Assembly (NCBI GenBank): GCA_021792775.1
Contig: JAJYTZ010000001.1
Coordinates: 4,965-68,964, forward strand
DNA: 64,000 nucleotides
Source: Candidatus Micrarchaeota archaeon
GTDB lineage: Archaea > Micrarchaeota > Micrarchaeia > Micrarchaeales > Micrarchaeaceae
Direction: 5' to 3'
Every line of letters begins with the position of its first letter. Within the stretch, counting starts at the first letter, position 1. Position numbers and translations under genes: made by a program. This document shows positions 26,477 through 35,884 of the stretch, piece after piece. Under the pieces are notes generated by a model, which saw nothing but the letters and a program-made list of their open reading frames with translations, searched no databases and was not told the DNA's origin.

Positions 26477-27973
26477 ATGGGGGGAAAGGAGGTCGTAGCA
26501 GGCCTAGTGAGAAGGCTAGCAGGCAAAGGACTGATAGTGCCAACAGAGCTCGACCTAAGCGGCATAAACGAGGGCGACCTTGACGCTGTCGCTGACTCTC
26601 TGATACAGAGCAATAAGGACATCAGCGGCATCCATATAGTGACCATGGATGAGATTGGTAAGGTAATATCATCCATCATGAGCGATAAGATACCCGTGCC
26701 TATAGAGGCGGTGAGCCCTTCCGGCTACAAGCCTTTGGCAAAAGAGCTGGATCCGGTCTTTTCCATAAGAAAATACGACACCGGGTTCGCTGATGGAAAC
26801 GTTGATGGATTTATAAGTTATTTCAATGACAGGCTCTCTAAGATAAAGGAGATACTTAAACAGAGGGAGACGATTACCGGCACCCTCAAGGAGATATCCC
26901 TGATAAAGGAATATAATGATGGAAAGGAAGTGTGCATAATAGGTATGATAAAGGCAAAGCGGATCACAAAGAATAACAATCTGCTTGTAGAGATTGAGGA
27001 CGAGAGCGGCACCGCGAAAGTCGTGTTCACTAACACTCCCCAGAACCGCGAGAACCTTTACGAGAAGGCGTACTCACTCGTATACGACGAGGTTGTTGCT
27101 GTGCGAGGAAAGATATATGGCGCCCTCCTGATCGCAAACTCCCTTCTCTGGCCCGACATCCCGATAAAGACGCATAAACAGGTAGAGGAAGATCTCGCAA
27201 TCGCGTTCATATCAGATGTGCATTTCGGGAGCAGGAATTTCATGGACAAAGGTTTCAGGAATATGGTGGCATGGCTGAATGGAAATACAGAGAAAGACAA
27301 GAGAATCGCCGAGAAGGTAAAATATCTGATAATAGGGGGGGACGTGGCCGACGGCATAGGGGTCTATCCGGGACAGGAGAAGGACCTCGCAATAAAGGAT
27401 ATGAACGCCCAGTATAACGTGCTGGCTGATTATCTTGAGGCAATCCCTGATTATATCCAGATATTTGTGCTACCAGGCAACCACGACTCTGTGCAAAGGG
27501 CAGAGCCGCAGCCCAGTTTTCCTGCCGAGCTTATAGACCTCAAAATGAACAATGTGCATTTTGTGCCGAACCCTACTTACATGAACATACACGGCCTTGA
27601 TATACTCTCCTACCACGGTACCTCGCTCGATTCTATAATAAGATCAATACCAGACAACAGCTACTCCAGGCCCGAGAAGGCGATGGAAGAGATACTGAAA
27701 AGGAGGCATCTCTCCCCGATATATGGTGGAAACATAGTAGTTCCGAGCAAAAAGGATAATTTGGTTATAGATATTGTGCCTGACATACTCCACATGGGAC
27801 ACATACACAAAGTTGGAATGTCAACATACCACGGAGTCAGCATAGTGAACAGCGGGACATGGCAGGGAAGGACTGACTTTCAGATAAAGCAGGGCCACAT
27901 ACCGACTCCGTGCCTGATGCCTGTCCTTGAGATGAAGAAGTACAAGTTCAGTTATATCGATTTCGGTAATTGA
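26477..27973 (+). CDS. polB: DNA polymerase II (PolD) small subunit DP1
   Basis: 498 aa. OB-fold region then calcineurin-like phosphoesterase motifs ISDVHFGS, GGDVADG, PGNHD and HMGHIH. Confidence 0.9.
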   Translation: MGGKEVVAGLVRRLAGKGLIVPTELDLSGINEGDLDAVADSLIQSNKDISGIHIVTMDEIGKVISSIMSDKIPVPIEAVSPSGYKPLAKELDPVFSIRKYDTGFADGNVDGFISYFNDRLSKIKEILKQRETITGTLKEISLIKEYNDGKEVCIIGMIKAKRITKNNNLLVEIEDESGTAKVVFTNTPQNRENLYEKAYSLVYDEVVAVRGKIYGALLIANSLLWPDIPIKTHKQVEEDLAIAFISDVHFGSRNFMDKGFRNMVAWLNGNTEKDKRIAEKVKYLIIGGDVADGIGVYPGQEKDLAIKDMNAQYNVLADYLEAIPDYIQIFVLPGNHDSVQRAEPQPSFPAELIDLKMNNVHFVPNPTYMNIHGLDILSYHGTSLDSIIRSIPDNSYSRPEKAMEEILKRRHLSPIYGGNIVVPSKKDNLVIDIVPDILHMGHIHKVGMSTYHGVSIVNSGTWQGRTDFQIKQGHIPTPCLMPVLEMKKYKFSYIDFGN

Positions 27974-27974
27974 G

Positions 27975-30900
27975 ATGGAGATAGAGCGTTACTTTGAGGA
28001 GCTTAACAAAGGCTTTGAGGCGGCGAACCGGGTTGCCTCAAACGCAAGGTCGAAAGGCTACGACCCTAGCGATAGGGTAGAGATACTGGCTGCGCCTGAC
28101 CTCGCATCAAGGGTAGAGGGAATAATAGGTGTTGAGGGAATAGCGGATATAATAAGAGAGGAATCAGAAAACTCAAAGAGCAGGCAGGAACTCGCTTTCA
28201 GGATAGTAAACAGGATATGCGAGGATGAAGATGTGGCGAAGGCGATAAAGGCTGATGGCAAGCTGGAACGCATGAACATGTCAGTTAGGATAGGGCTCGC
28301 AGTACTTACTGAGGGCATACTGGTAGCCCCGACTGAGGGGTTTCAAGGAGTAGAGATACATAGGAATCCAGATGGATCAGACTATGTGGCCGCCTTATAT
28401 GCCGGGCCGATAAGGGGAGCGGGCGGGACAGGCGCTGCTCTATCAGTTGCGCTGCTCGACCTTGCAAGGAAACATATGGGGATCGGGACATACAAAGCGC
28501 AGGCAAAAGAGGTAGAACGGTACCTGGAAGAGATACAAATGTACAACGCACGTGCTGCCCGCCTCCAGTATTTTCCTCCTGAAGACGACATAAGGACAAT
28601 ATTCGAGAACTGCCCTGTATGCATAGATGGATTGCCTACAGAGGAGTTTGAGGTAAGCCTGCATAGGGACATTGTAAGGATCGACGCTTCGGGAAAAGAG
28701 GAAAGGATGACCAATAGGATAAGGGGGGGGATAGCGCTTGTAAGCTGCGAAGGAATCGCACAGAAAGCGAAGAACATGTTGAAGTATACAAAGATCGCGC
28801 AGCTCGATTGGAACTGGCTCAACAATATAATAAAGGTCGACAAAGGATCGGCACAGCATGAAAACATAGAAAAGGATGCGGTCTTCCTGCATGAACAGGT
28901 CGCAGGCAGACCTGTATTCGCGTATCCGGAGCATCCCGGCGCGTTTAGGCTTAGGTATGGGAGGTCGAGGTTTACTGGAATAGCTGCAAAGGGGCTTAAC
29001 CCGGCAACGATGCTGCTTCTCAGGTTTATCGCCGTAGGGACACAGCTCAAGATAGAGAAACCTGGAAAGGGCTGCATAGTGATGCCGGTCGACTCGATAG
29101 AAGGGCCTTTCGTGAAACTGAAGAGCGGAGAGGCCTTTAGGGTAAATGATATTGCAACTGCCAGAGAGGTTTACGGGAACATAAGCAAGATACTCTCTGT
29201 CGGGGATCTGCTCGTAACCCTCGGAGATTTCAAGAAGTCCAATACAAAACTGATGCCTACCAGCTACGTCGAGGAGTATTGGAGTGCGCAACTAAAGGAG
29301 AAGGGGAATGAAGGAATCGCCAGCTCGTTCAAGAAAGCGTATGAGATTTCTAAAAAGTACGGTGTGCCTTTGCATCCGCGCTATCTCTATGATTATTCCG
29401 ACATGCAGGATTATGAGATACCGATTCTCGCAGAGGCGATACGGCACTCTTCGCTCAGGATGGACAGGCGCGGAGAGTTTCTGTTTAACCTGGAGGCGAT
29501 ACTCTTTACCGGAGAGCTTGGAAGGATAAGAAGCATAATAGAGAGGATATGCATACCGCACTTCGACTTTGGCGACAGGATCGAGATAAGAGGGGATGAT
29601 GCGCAGAGCATCCTTTCGGCTTTCGGTTTTGCCAGGGAGGGAATAATAGACCTTTCAGTAAGGAAGATGGATGGCACAAACGCACTCGGTATGCTGAACT
29701 CGGTATCAGAGCTGGAGTTGCGGAAGAGGGCGTATAGGATAGGTGGGAGGATGGGCAGGCCAGAAAAAGCAAAGGAGAGGCTGATGAAACCTGCGCCAAA
29801 TCTTTTGTTCCCGGTAGGGGAACATGGGGGAAAAGACAGGAATCTTTCAAAAGCGTATTTCATAGAGGGCAAGAAGCTCAAGAGCGGAGGCGTGATTCTC
29901 GATGTAGCAAGCTTCAGATGCAGCATAGGCAAAGAGTATATCGAGTCGGCGTTCTGCTCTGTGCACGGCTGCCGTGCAAAGATAGAAAGGAAGTGCAGGA
30001 AGTGCGGGGCGAGAACTTCCGAGAAGTTATGCTTGACCTGCGAAGCACCGACATATTCCAACGAGCAGAGGGAGGTTGACATTCTGAAGACCATGAATTC
30101 CGCGCTGGCAAACCTTGGCATCAACTCTGTTCCGAAATCAGTCAAAGGAGTGGCAGGGCTCGTAAGCAGAGACAGGATATCAGAGCCGTTGGAAAAGGGG
30201 ATACTTAGGAGTCTGCATAATGTTTATATTTTTAAGGACGGGACCGCAAGATTCGATGCGACTGATGCTCCGATAACCCACTTCTATCCAAAAGAGATAG
30301 GCACAAGCGTGGAGAAGCTCAGAGAACTCGGTTACACTGCAGATTGTTTTGGGAACGAGCTTGTATCAGATGACCAGCTCGTCGAACTGATGCACCAGGA
30401 TGTCATTCTCAATAGGGGAGCGGGTGATTATTTCCTCAGAGTGTCAAAATTCATCGATGACCTGCTCGATAAGCATTATAAGACGGAAAGATTCTACAAC
30501 CTCGGAAGCGCAGGAGACCTTGTAGGCCACTGCGTCATAACACTCTCGCCGCACACCTCTGCGGGCGTGCTCGGAAGAATCATAGGCTTTACAGATGCGA
30601 CAATAGGGTTGTGCCATCCGTATCTCGTCTGCGCTAGGAGAAGAAACTGTGATGGGGATGAGGATACAACGATGCTTCTTCTCGACGGACTTATCAACTT
30701 CTCCAAGGAGTATCTTCCAACCACCATCGGCGGCACCATGGATGCCCCGCTCATCCTTACGCTTAACGTGAATCCTGCAGAGGTTGACGACGAGGTACAT
30801 GATATGGAGGTTGTAAAGGATTACTCTCTGGACTTTTATGAGACGACCTTCGGGATGGGCTCTCCTTCCGGCACTCACGTCGAAAGCGTTAAGGGGAGGC

Positions 30901-31406
30901 TCGGCGGCTCCGAATTCTCGAAAATCTGGTTCACGCACGAGAGCTCTATAAGCGCAATATCCGATTCCCCTATGCGCAGCTTCTACACCACTATGAAGAC
31001 CATGGATGAGAAAGTGGAGGAGCAGTTTAAACTTATGGACGTTCTGTGCAGCATAGACCGGAAGGATACCGCAAGCAGGCTGATAACAAACCATTTCATA
31101 CCTGACCTGATGGGGAACCTTCATTCATTCTCGAAGCAGAGATTCAGGTGCATATCGTGCAATGCCAAATATAGGAGGGTGCCGCTTGCAGGAAAGTGCG
31201 AGCGATGTGAGGGGAGGATAGTACTCACGATATCGAAGGGAGGGATAGAGAAATATCTTGGGATGGCTACAGACCTTGCGGAGAGGTATGATTTGGATCC
31301 GTACATAAAACAGCGTGTCCATCTCCTTAAAAATGAGATAGATACCGTATTCGGCGTGGGGAGCGGGGCTAATCCGAAGCAATTCAGCCTTGCGAAATTC
31401 CTGTAA
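27975..31406 (+). CDS. polC: DNA polymerase II (PolD) large subunit DP2, no intein
   Basis: 1143 aa. Conserved DP2 blocks (GPIRGAGGTGAA, RPEKA, CxxC Zn clusters, CDGDEDT catalytic motif, C-terminal CISCNAKYRRVPLAGKCERC). Confidence 0.95.
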   Translation: MEIERYFEELNKGFEAANRVASNARSKGYDPSDRVEILAAPDLASRVEGIIGVEGIADIIREESENSKSRQELAFRIVNRICEDEDVAKAIKADGKLERMNMSVRIGLAVLTEGILVAPTEGFQGVEIHRNPDGSDYVAALYAGPIRGAGGTGAALSVALLDLARKHMGIGTYKAQAKEVERYLEEIQMYNARAARLQYFPPEDDIRTIFENCPVCIDGLPTEEFEVSLHRDIVRIDASGKEERMTNRIRGGIALVSCEGIAQKAKNMLKYTKIAQLDWNWLNNIIKVDKGSAQHENIEKDAVFLHEQVAGRPVFAYPEHPGAFRLRYGRSRFTGIAAKGLNPATMLLLRFIAVGTQLKIEKPGKGCIVMPVDSIEGPFVKLKSGEAFRVNDIATAREVYGNISKILSVGDLLVTLGDFKKSNTKLMPTSYVEEYWSAQLKEKGNEGIASSFKKAYEISKKYGVPLHPRYLYDYSDMQDYEIPILAEAIRHSSLRMDRRGEFLFNLEAILFTGELGRIRSIIERICIPHFDFGDRIEIRGDDAQSILSAFGFAREGIIDLSVRKMDGTNALGMLNSVSELELRKRAYRIGGRMGRPEKAKERLMKPAPNLLFPVGEHGGKDRNLSKAYFIEGKKLKSGGVILDVASFRCSIGKEYIESAFCSVHGCRAKIERKCRKCGARTSEKLCLTCEAPTYSNEQREVDILKTMNSALANLGINSVPKSVKGVAGLVSRDRISEPLEKGILRSLHNVYIFKDGTARFDATDAPITHFYPKEIGTSVEKLRELGYTADCFGNELVSDDQLVELMHQDVILNRGAGDYFLRVSKFIDDLLDKHYKTERFYNLGSAGDLVGHCVITLSPHTSAGVLGRIIGFTDATIGLCHPYLVCARRRNCDGDEDTTMLLLDGLINFSKEYLPTTIGGTMDAPLILTLNVNPAEVDDEVHDMEVVKDYSLDFYETTFGMGSPSGTHVESVKGRLGGSEFSKIWFTHESSISAISDSPMRSFYTTMKTMDEKVEEQFKLMDVLCSIDRKDTASRLITNHFIPDLMGNLHSFSKQRFRCISCNAKYRRVPLAGKCERCEGRIVLTISKGGIEKYLGMATDLAERYDLDPYIKQRVHLLKNEIDTVFGVGSGANPKQFSLAKFL

Positions 31407-31408
31407 TT

Positions 31409-31505
31409 CGCCGGGATTGGGATTTGAACCCAAACTTCCTTGCGGAAACCAGATCTCGAGTTTCGCCCATATGTCTGGCGCAATACCGGTTTCTGCCATC
31501 CCGGC
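31409..31505 (-). tRNA. tRNA-Ser (predicted anticodon CGA) with long variable arm and a 13-nt insertion in the anticodon loop
   Basis: Minus strand: GCCGGGA TG GCA GAAACCGGTAT TGC G CCAGA C[ATATGGGCGAAAC]TCGAGA TCTGG TTTCCGCAAGGAAGT TTGGG TTCAAAT CCCAA TCCCGGC G. Acceptor, T arm and variable arm (TTCC/GGAA) are all paired, and discriminator G fits Ser. Confidence 0.7.
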
Positions 31506-31538
31506 AGAATCTCTTTTCTCTAACAAAACTTTTATAGT

Positions 31539-33134
31539 TTGAGGCTGTATGATAACCTGGTTAGAATGGATAGTATTGGGCCCAGATACAGGAAAAACAT
31601 ATTTTTCGGTGTTGGATTTAGCCGTAGGCTGCTCATACTTGCGATATTCTTTGCCTTGTCTGTGGCTGGAGCATCATTCTCCATCTACCTGTTACTTATA
31701 GCAAACAGCGCATACATGTACCTCATTGCGATTCTTTTCCTTGTCTTGTCGTTCATTACGGGCTCGTTCAACACATATGCCGCTTACCTTTACTATAAAT
31801 CATATTTCTACATGGACCATATGAAAAAGGTTGCAAGGGAGATGAGACCGATGTCGGTGTACCCGAAGGTGTGCGTGATAGTGCCGATAAAGAATGAGGA
31901 TTCGCGTATAGTCAAAAGGACGCTTGCGGGCATCCTTTCAATAGATTATCCCAGAAAGAAACTGGATGTAATACTTTCTGATACAAGCGATGCAACAAAC
32001 AGGTCAAGCACTCTTGAGAGCTTCTGCAGATCCAACGGAATAAGGTATATATCCGGTAAAAGCATAAATGGGAAGGCTGGCTCTCTGAATGTGGCACTCA
32101 GGCAGGTGGATGCGGAATTTGTAGCTGTGTTTGATTACGACGAGAAAATTGTCAGAAAAGGCTTTCTGAAGGAGCTGCTCCCTTATTTCCAGGACGAGAA
32201 GATAGGATACATACAGACAGAGAAGAGCTATTTCAAGGGAAGTTTCTTCTCCCAGACGGTCGACCTATTCGACAAATTCTTCTTCAATTTCATAGAGCCG
32301 GCAAGAGCGATAAACAACACAGCCATATATGCAGGGTCGTGCGGTATAATAAGGAAATCTGTACTTGACAAAGTCGGCGGATTTCCGGAATATGTTACCG
32401 AAGATACGTTTTTCAGCTTTGAGGCATGTGGATTGGGCTACAAGAGTATGTATGTGCCGGTAGTTTATGCGAAGGGAATACAGGTAAAAAGTTTCAGCGC
32501 ACTCGCAAAGCAGCAGTGGAGATATAACTTTGGGGACACGGAGTTCATGAGATATTACGTCGGAGAAAAAAAGAACATCAGGGGGTCTGTAATAAGCCAT
32601 ATAGACTATGTGATGCATGGGATGGGGCTCAGTTACATATCGGTCATGCTCATATCCTTCACTGTGCTTTCTGTCCTTATAGTCTTCTCTGCAGCATCAA
32701 TAACACACATCTCCTTGCTGCAGATGCTGAACCTGGAGAACGTTGCAACAGACCTTGAGATAATAGGATCTTCCGCGCTATTCTTGTCAATATTTGCGCC
32801 GGTCATAATGACAAAGGTCTACTTTGGCTCCTTCAAGAAGGGACTCATGCTATTTGCATTGAACTACGCTTTGGCTGTAACTAGGACGATGGCAGCTATA
32901 TCTGTATTCACAAAAAAGAATCCATTTGCCGTGTGGAGCAGGCAGAAGACCAGCAAGAAAGGGAGTATCCTATACTCGCTTGTGAGTACAAGGCTGGAGC
33001 TTTTGTTTGCGGGCATAGTCCTGATCTTCAGCTACCTTGCACTGAGCGCAAGCAACATACTGGGCGGATTCTGGCTTGCATGGTATGGGATAATGTACGG
33101 GCTTGCGACTTTGTTTGTATATAAATACGGATGA
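31539..33134 (+). CDS. Membrane-integrated processive family 2 glycosyltransferase (cellulose/chitin-synthase-like)
   Basis: 531 aa. VIVPIKNED, DYDE, QTEKSY, TEDTFFS and the QxxRW motif (KQQWRY), flanked by TM helices. Confidence 0.8.
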   Translation: MRLYDNLVRMDSIGPRYRKNIFFGVGFSRRLLILAIFFALSVAGASFSIYLLLIANSAYMYLIAILFLVLSFITGSFNTYAAYLYYKSYFYMDHMKKVAREMRPMSVYPKVCVIVPIKNEDSRIVKRTLAGILSIDYPRKKLDVILSDTSDATNRSSTLESFCRSNGIRYISGKSINGKAGSLNVALRQVDAEFVAVFDYDEKIVRKGFLKELLPYFQDEKIGYIQTEKSYFKGSFFSQTVDLFDKFFFNFIEPARAINNTAIYAGSCGIIRKSVLDKVGGFPEYVTEDTFFSFEACGLGYKSMYVPVVYAKGIQVKSFSALAKQQWRYNFGDTEFMRYYVGEKKNIRGSVISHIDYVMHGMGLSYISVMLISFTVLSVLIVFSAASITHISLLQMLNLENVATDLEIIGSSALFLSIFAPVIMTKVYFGSFKKGLMLFALNYALAVTRTMAAISVFTKKNPFAVWSRQKTSKKGSILYSLVSTRLELLFAGIVLIFSYLALSASNILGGFWLAWYGIMYGLATLFVYKYG

Positions 33135-33450
33135 TTCACTGATATACATTAAGAGGCATGAAACTGAGAACGGAGTCATAATAGCGATGTGCGACGAGGA
33201 GCTCGTAGGCAAGATCATATCGGAGGGGGAGATAGTGATAGACATAGATATGTATGCTGATTTCTATAAAGGGGAGCTCATCGAGGCAAAGGATGCGCCT
33301 GCAGTTGACTCGATAGATGGGTTCTCCTCTGCGAATATCGTTGGAGAAGAGGCGTGCAAGGCCGCGGTAAAGTCGGAAATGATTGATGCGGGGAATGTGA
33401 AGATTGTGGGAGGTGTCCCGTTCGCTCAGTCTTTCAGGATCAAGAGCTGA
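33103..33450 (+). CDS. DUF424-family protein
   Basis: 115 aa. IAMCDEELVGK...FYKGELI...ANIVGEEA...IVGGVPFAQ matches the DUF424 pattern. Start uncertain. Confidence 0.55.
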   Translation: MRLCLYINTDDSLIYIKRHETENGVIIAMCDEELVGKIISEGEIVIDIDMYADFYKGELIEAKDAPAVDSIDGFSSANIVGEEACKAAVKSEMIDAGNVKIVGGVPFAQSFRIKS

Positions 33451-34543
33451 TCCGCTTCGCAAAGAGGGTAATCTCTCGTCTGTTCTTAATGAGTTTCTTG
33501 AAGGTTATGGAGCTGTATGATACCGGCAGCTCTGAAAGCGCGTATTCTATCGCATCTTTTGGGTGGCGGTTGTTTATCTTAATGGTCAAGAGGAGAAGGC
33601 CACCGCTCTTTACGAACCTTGAAAGCTCGAGAGCGCATCTTATGCTTTCTGTATAGTGTGTGTTTGAATCGACCATCAGCATCTCGGCCTTCAGCTGATC
33701 GGGAATCGGGACTGCTGCCTCTTTGAAGTTGCTCTTTATGTGTATCAATCGAAATTTCCGATCTGATGCGCCTGAGGCACATACGCTTATTGCAGGGTCT
33801 ATCATTTCCGCGATCCTTTTCATTTTATCCTGTTCTTCAGGTTCAGCCACTATTTCAATCGGTCCGTATCTTCGAAGCTGCTTGTATTCCAGCTCTGCTT
33901 TGTCTACAGCTATTACCCGTTTTCCGTTTCGGAGCATTAGGTCGGTCCAGCCTCCGGGGGCTGCGCCGATATCTATGCATGTGTCCACTATAGAGAGGTC
34001 TATCCCGAAACGGAGTATGGCCTCTTCCAGTTTTGACTCTGCGCGGCTTATGTAGTCCGTTTTTTCTTGCAGAGGCCGGAAAATAGTGCGTATAGCATAT
34101 ACCGAGGCGGAATCTTCTGCTATGCCAAATATGGCAACAGTGTCTTTTATAATCAGAAGAACTGCACAATCTGGCTTAGTAAGATCCACAAGATGTTCCT
34201 CAGACTCTATCCCCTCTCCAAGCTTTATCTCGATCTCTCTGTTGCTATCGAATTGCGATGATGCGTCTATAAGGAATATCCTAAAACTGAGACCTGGCTT
34301 TAACGACCCGGATATGGGCGCTGAGAGATCCGTGATGTCACTGAAGTCTGCGAACTGTGCGGGTATGAGAGAGTATGTGAAGATCTGAGATCCGTATATT
34401 CTCAACTCTGATGGTACACTGAGGACATGCGTATATTTGTCGATTATAAGCTCTTTTGCTCCTTCTGGTGGCAGACAGATCTCAGACTTTGCCTCCTTTA
34501 CAAACCTCGGATCTGATAGGAGTATGTATGTGAGATCTGACAA
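33440..34543 (-). CDS. RlmM/FtsJ-like SAM-dependent RNA 2'-O-methyltransferase with N-terminal THUMP-like region
   Basis: 367 aa. ISRAESKLEEAI...CIDIGAAPGGWTDLML..GKRVIAVDKA is the FtsJ/RlmM motif I region. Confidence 0.6.
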   Translation of the reverse strand: MSDLTYILLSDPRFVKEAKSEICLPPEGAKELIIDKYTHVLSVPSELRIYGSQIFTYSLIPAQFADFSDITDLSAPISGSLKPGLSFRIFLIDASSQFDSNREIEIKLGEGIESEEHLVDLTKPDCAVLLIIKDTVAIFGIAEDSASVYAIRTIFRPLQEKTDYISRAESKLEEAILRFGIDLSIVDTCIDIGAAPGGWTDLMLRNGKRVIAVDKAELEYKQLRRYGPIEIVAEPEEQDKMKRIAEMIDPAISVCASGASDRKFRLIHIKSNFKEAAVPIPDQLKAEMLMVDSNTHYTESIRCALELSRFVKSGGLLLLTIKINNRHPKDAIEYALSELPVSYSSITFKKLIKNRREITLFAKRISS

Positions 34544-34552
34544 AACACCACC

Positions 34553-34891
34553 TTAGCCCTTTAGGCTTATTATAGCGGCGGCTATGTCTCCGTTCGATTC
34601 CTCCAACGCAGCCATTGCGGAGTTCTTGTCTTTCCCTGTAGAGTCCATCACTGTCTTTATGTCATCCTCGGTTATCTCGACTTTGGTTTCTATCATAGAT
34701 TCCGACACGTCGCCGGATATCTGAAAACTGACGCTTCCCTGCGCCTCGATTCTCGTTACCTGCGGCTCCCTGATCTCGATTCTTTTGTCATCGCACTCTA
34801 TAATGACCATTTTCGCGTCTATCTCGGAGGATTTTATCCCCATCTTCTCCATCATGCTCTTTAGCTGTCTAGGATCTATATTTGGCATCAT
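34553..34891 (-). CDS. nac: Nascent polypeptide-associated complex protein (NAC plus UBA)
   Basis: 112 aa. MMPNIDPRQLKSMMEKMGI... is the NAC beta-barrel, with a C-terminal UBA-like AMAALEESNGDIAAAI. Confidence 0.85.
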   Translation of the reverse strand: MMPNIDPRQLKSMMEKMGIKSSEIDAKMVIIECDDKRIEIREPQVTRIEAQGSVSFQISGDVSESMIETKVEITEDDIKTVMDSTGKDKNSAMAALEESNGDIAAAIISLKG

Positions 34892-34895
34892 GCAA

Positions 34896-35633
34896 TCAAC
34901 TCAAATGTTTGGTAATGTACTGCGCAGCTATCTCTCCAGGGTTTATTATATTATCCATGCCTATGCTCCTTAACTGTTTTTCGACGGCCGGCTTTTCCGC
35001 GACAATCACTATATTGTCACGCTTGGAGATGTTTTTGACAAGCAATGAGACATATACTGTCAGAGAATCGTTTCTCATATCTATTATTATCTTTTTGGCC
35101 TTGTCGAGATTCAATGTGCCCATTTCATTTTCGGAAGTGACATCGACGAAGAATGCCTTTTGGCCCTCCGCATTAAGCTGGTCTACCACCACTTTGTCTG
35201 AAGAGACAAGTATCACACGTTCGTTCTTTGACTTTAGCGTGTGGTCTAAGGTCGCGTTGGTCGGGCCATACCCTATCAGCACTATGTGATTATGCAGCCG
35301 TCTCCGTTCCGTGCTGCTTAGCCGTCCTGCGAAAGATTCCAATCTTTTATTCATTATATCACTTGATAAGGATGTTAAAACGAATGCGAATAACCCGAGA
35401 CCCACAACTATCAGTATTATTACAAATATTCTGGCGAGGGCACTTATAGGGAATATGTCTCCGTATCCGACTGTAGATATCGTTACTATTGTGAAATATA
35501 TAGCTTCGACAAAGTTATTTATCCTGATGTTGAAGTTTCCGGTGGTGTGGCCCAAAAAATAAGTGATAAGGGAGCCGCTGAGTATAACCAACAGCAAGAC
35601 AAGCGCATAATAAAATAGGATGATTCTTTTCAT
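34896..35633 (-). CDS. Potassium channel (2-TM pore, TVGYGD filter) with RCK/TrkA-N domain
   Basis: 245 aa. Selectivity filter TISTVGYGD, then HIVLIGYGPTN, a Rossmann-like RCK domain. Confidence 0.85.
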   Translation of the reverse strand: MKRIILFYYALVLLLVILSGSLITYFLGHTTGNFNIRINNFVEAIYFTIVTISTVGYGDIFPISALARIFVIILIVVGLGLFAFVLTSLSSDIMNKRLESFAGRLSSTERRRLHNHIVLIGYGPTNATLDHTLKSKNERVILVSSDKVVVDQLNAEGQKAFFVDVTSENEMGTLNLDKAKKIIIDMRNDSLTVYVSLLVKNISKRDNIVIVAEKPAVEKQLRSIGMDNIINPGEIAAQYITKHLS

Positions 35634-35687
35634 AGTTCATTACCGACATTTCACAATAGAGATAGCATGCATCTTGCCGGGACACAT

Positions 35688-35828
35688 TCAACAACAGTCA
35701 CATTTGCATGATTTTGTCTTGCCGTTGCAGTGTGCGCAGTTGCAACATGAACAGCACCCTGTGCAGCATGCCTCCGCCTTAGATGGTTTTGACGACCTTG
35801 AACTTTTCTTTGTGCTCTTTTTCGGCAT
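35688..35828 (-). CDS. 46-aa Cys-rich micro-protein (metallothionein-like composition)
   Basis: Hand translation: MPKKSTKKSSRSSKPSKAEACCTGCCSCCNCAHCNGKTKSCKCDCC*. 12 Cys and 1 His in the last 26 residues. An A/T-rich box (aaaaataa) lies about 30 nt upstream. Below the ORF-track size cut-off. Confidence 0.45.
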   Translation of the reverse strand: MPKKSTKKSSRSSKPSKAEACCTGCCSCCNCAHCNGKTKSCKCDCC

Positions 35829-35884
35829 ATTACCGATTATGTTTGTATGCACTTATTTTTAGCCCTTTTGTCTGTTTTGTCTGA

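Noticed and set aside
28382-31124. Several long minus-strand ORFs (231, 282, 244 and 226 aa) inside polC, and similar ones inside polX (17272-18136), the helicase (47373-48197), thiolase/ech (41253-41954), nreA (13875-14522) and MoxR
   Set aside because: All are antisense to genes with strong family motifs and have skewed Ser/Pro/Leu/Arg composition typical of shadow frames.
31440-31470. Adjacent CATATG, CTCGAG and AGATCT palindromes inside the tRNA-Ser insertion region, as a possible cloning artefact
   Set aside because: They sit inside an otherwise coherent tRNA whose stems use these bases. There is no vector-like sequence around them; regarded as coincidence.
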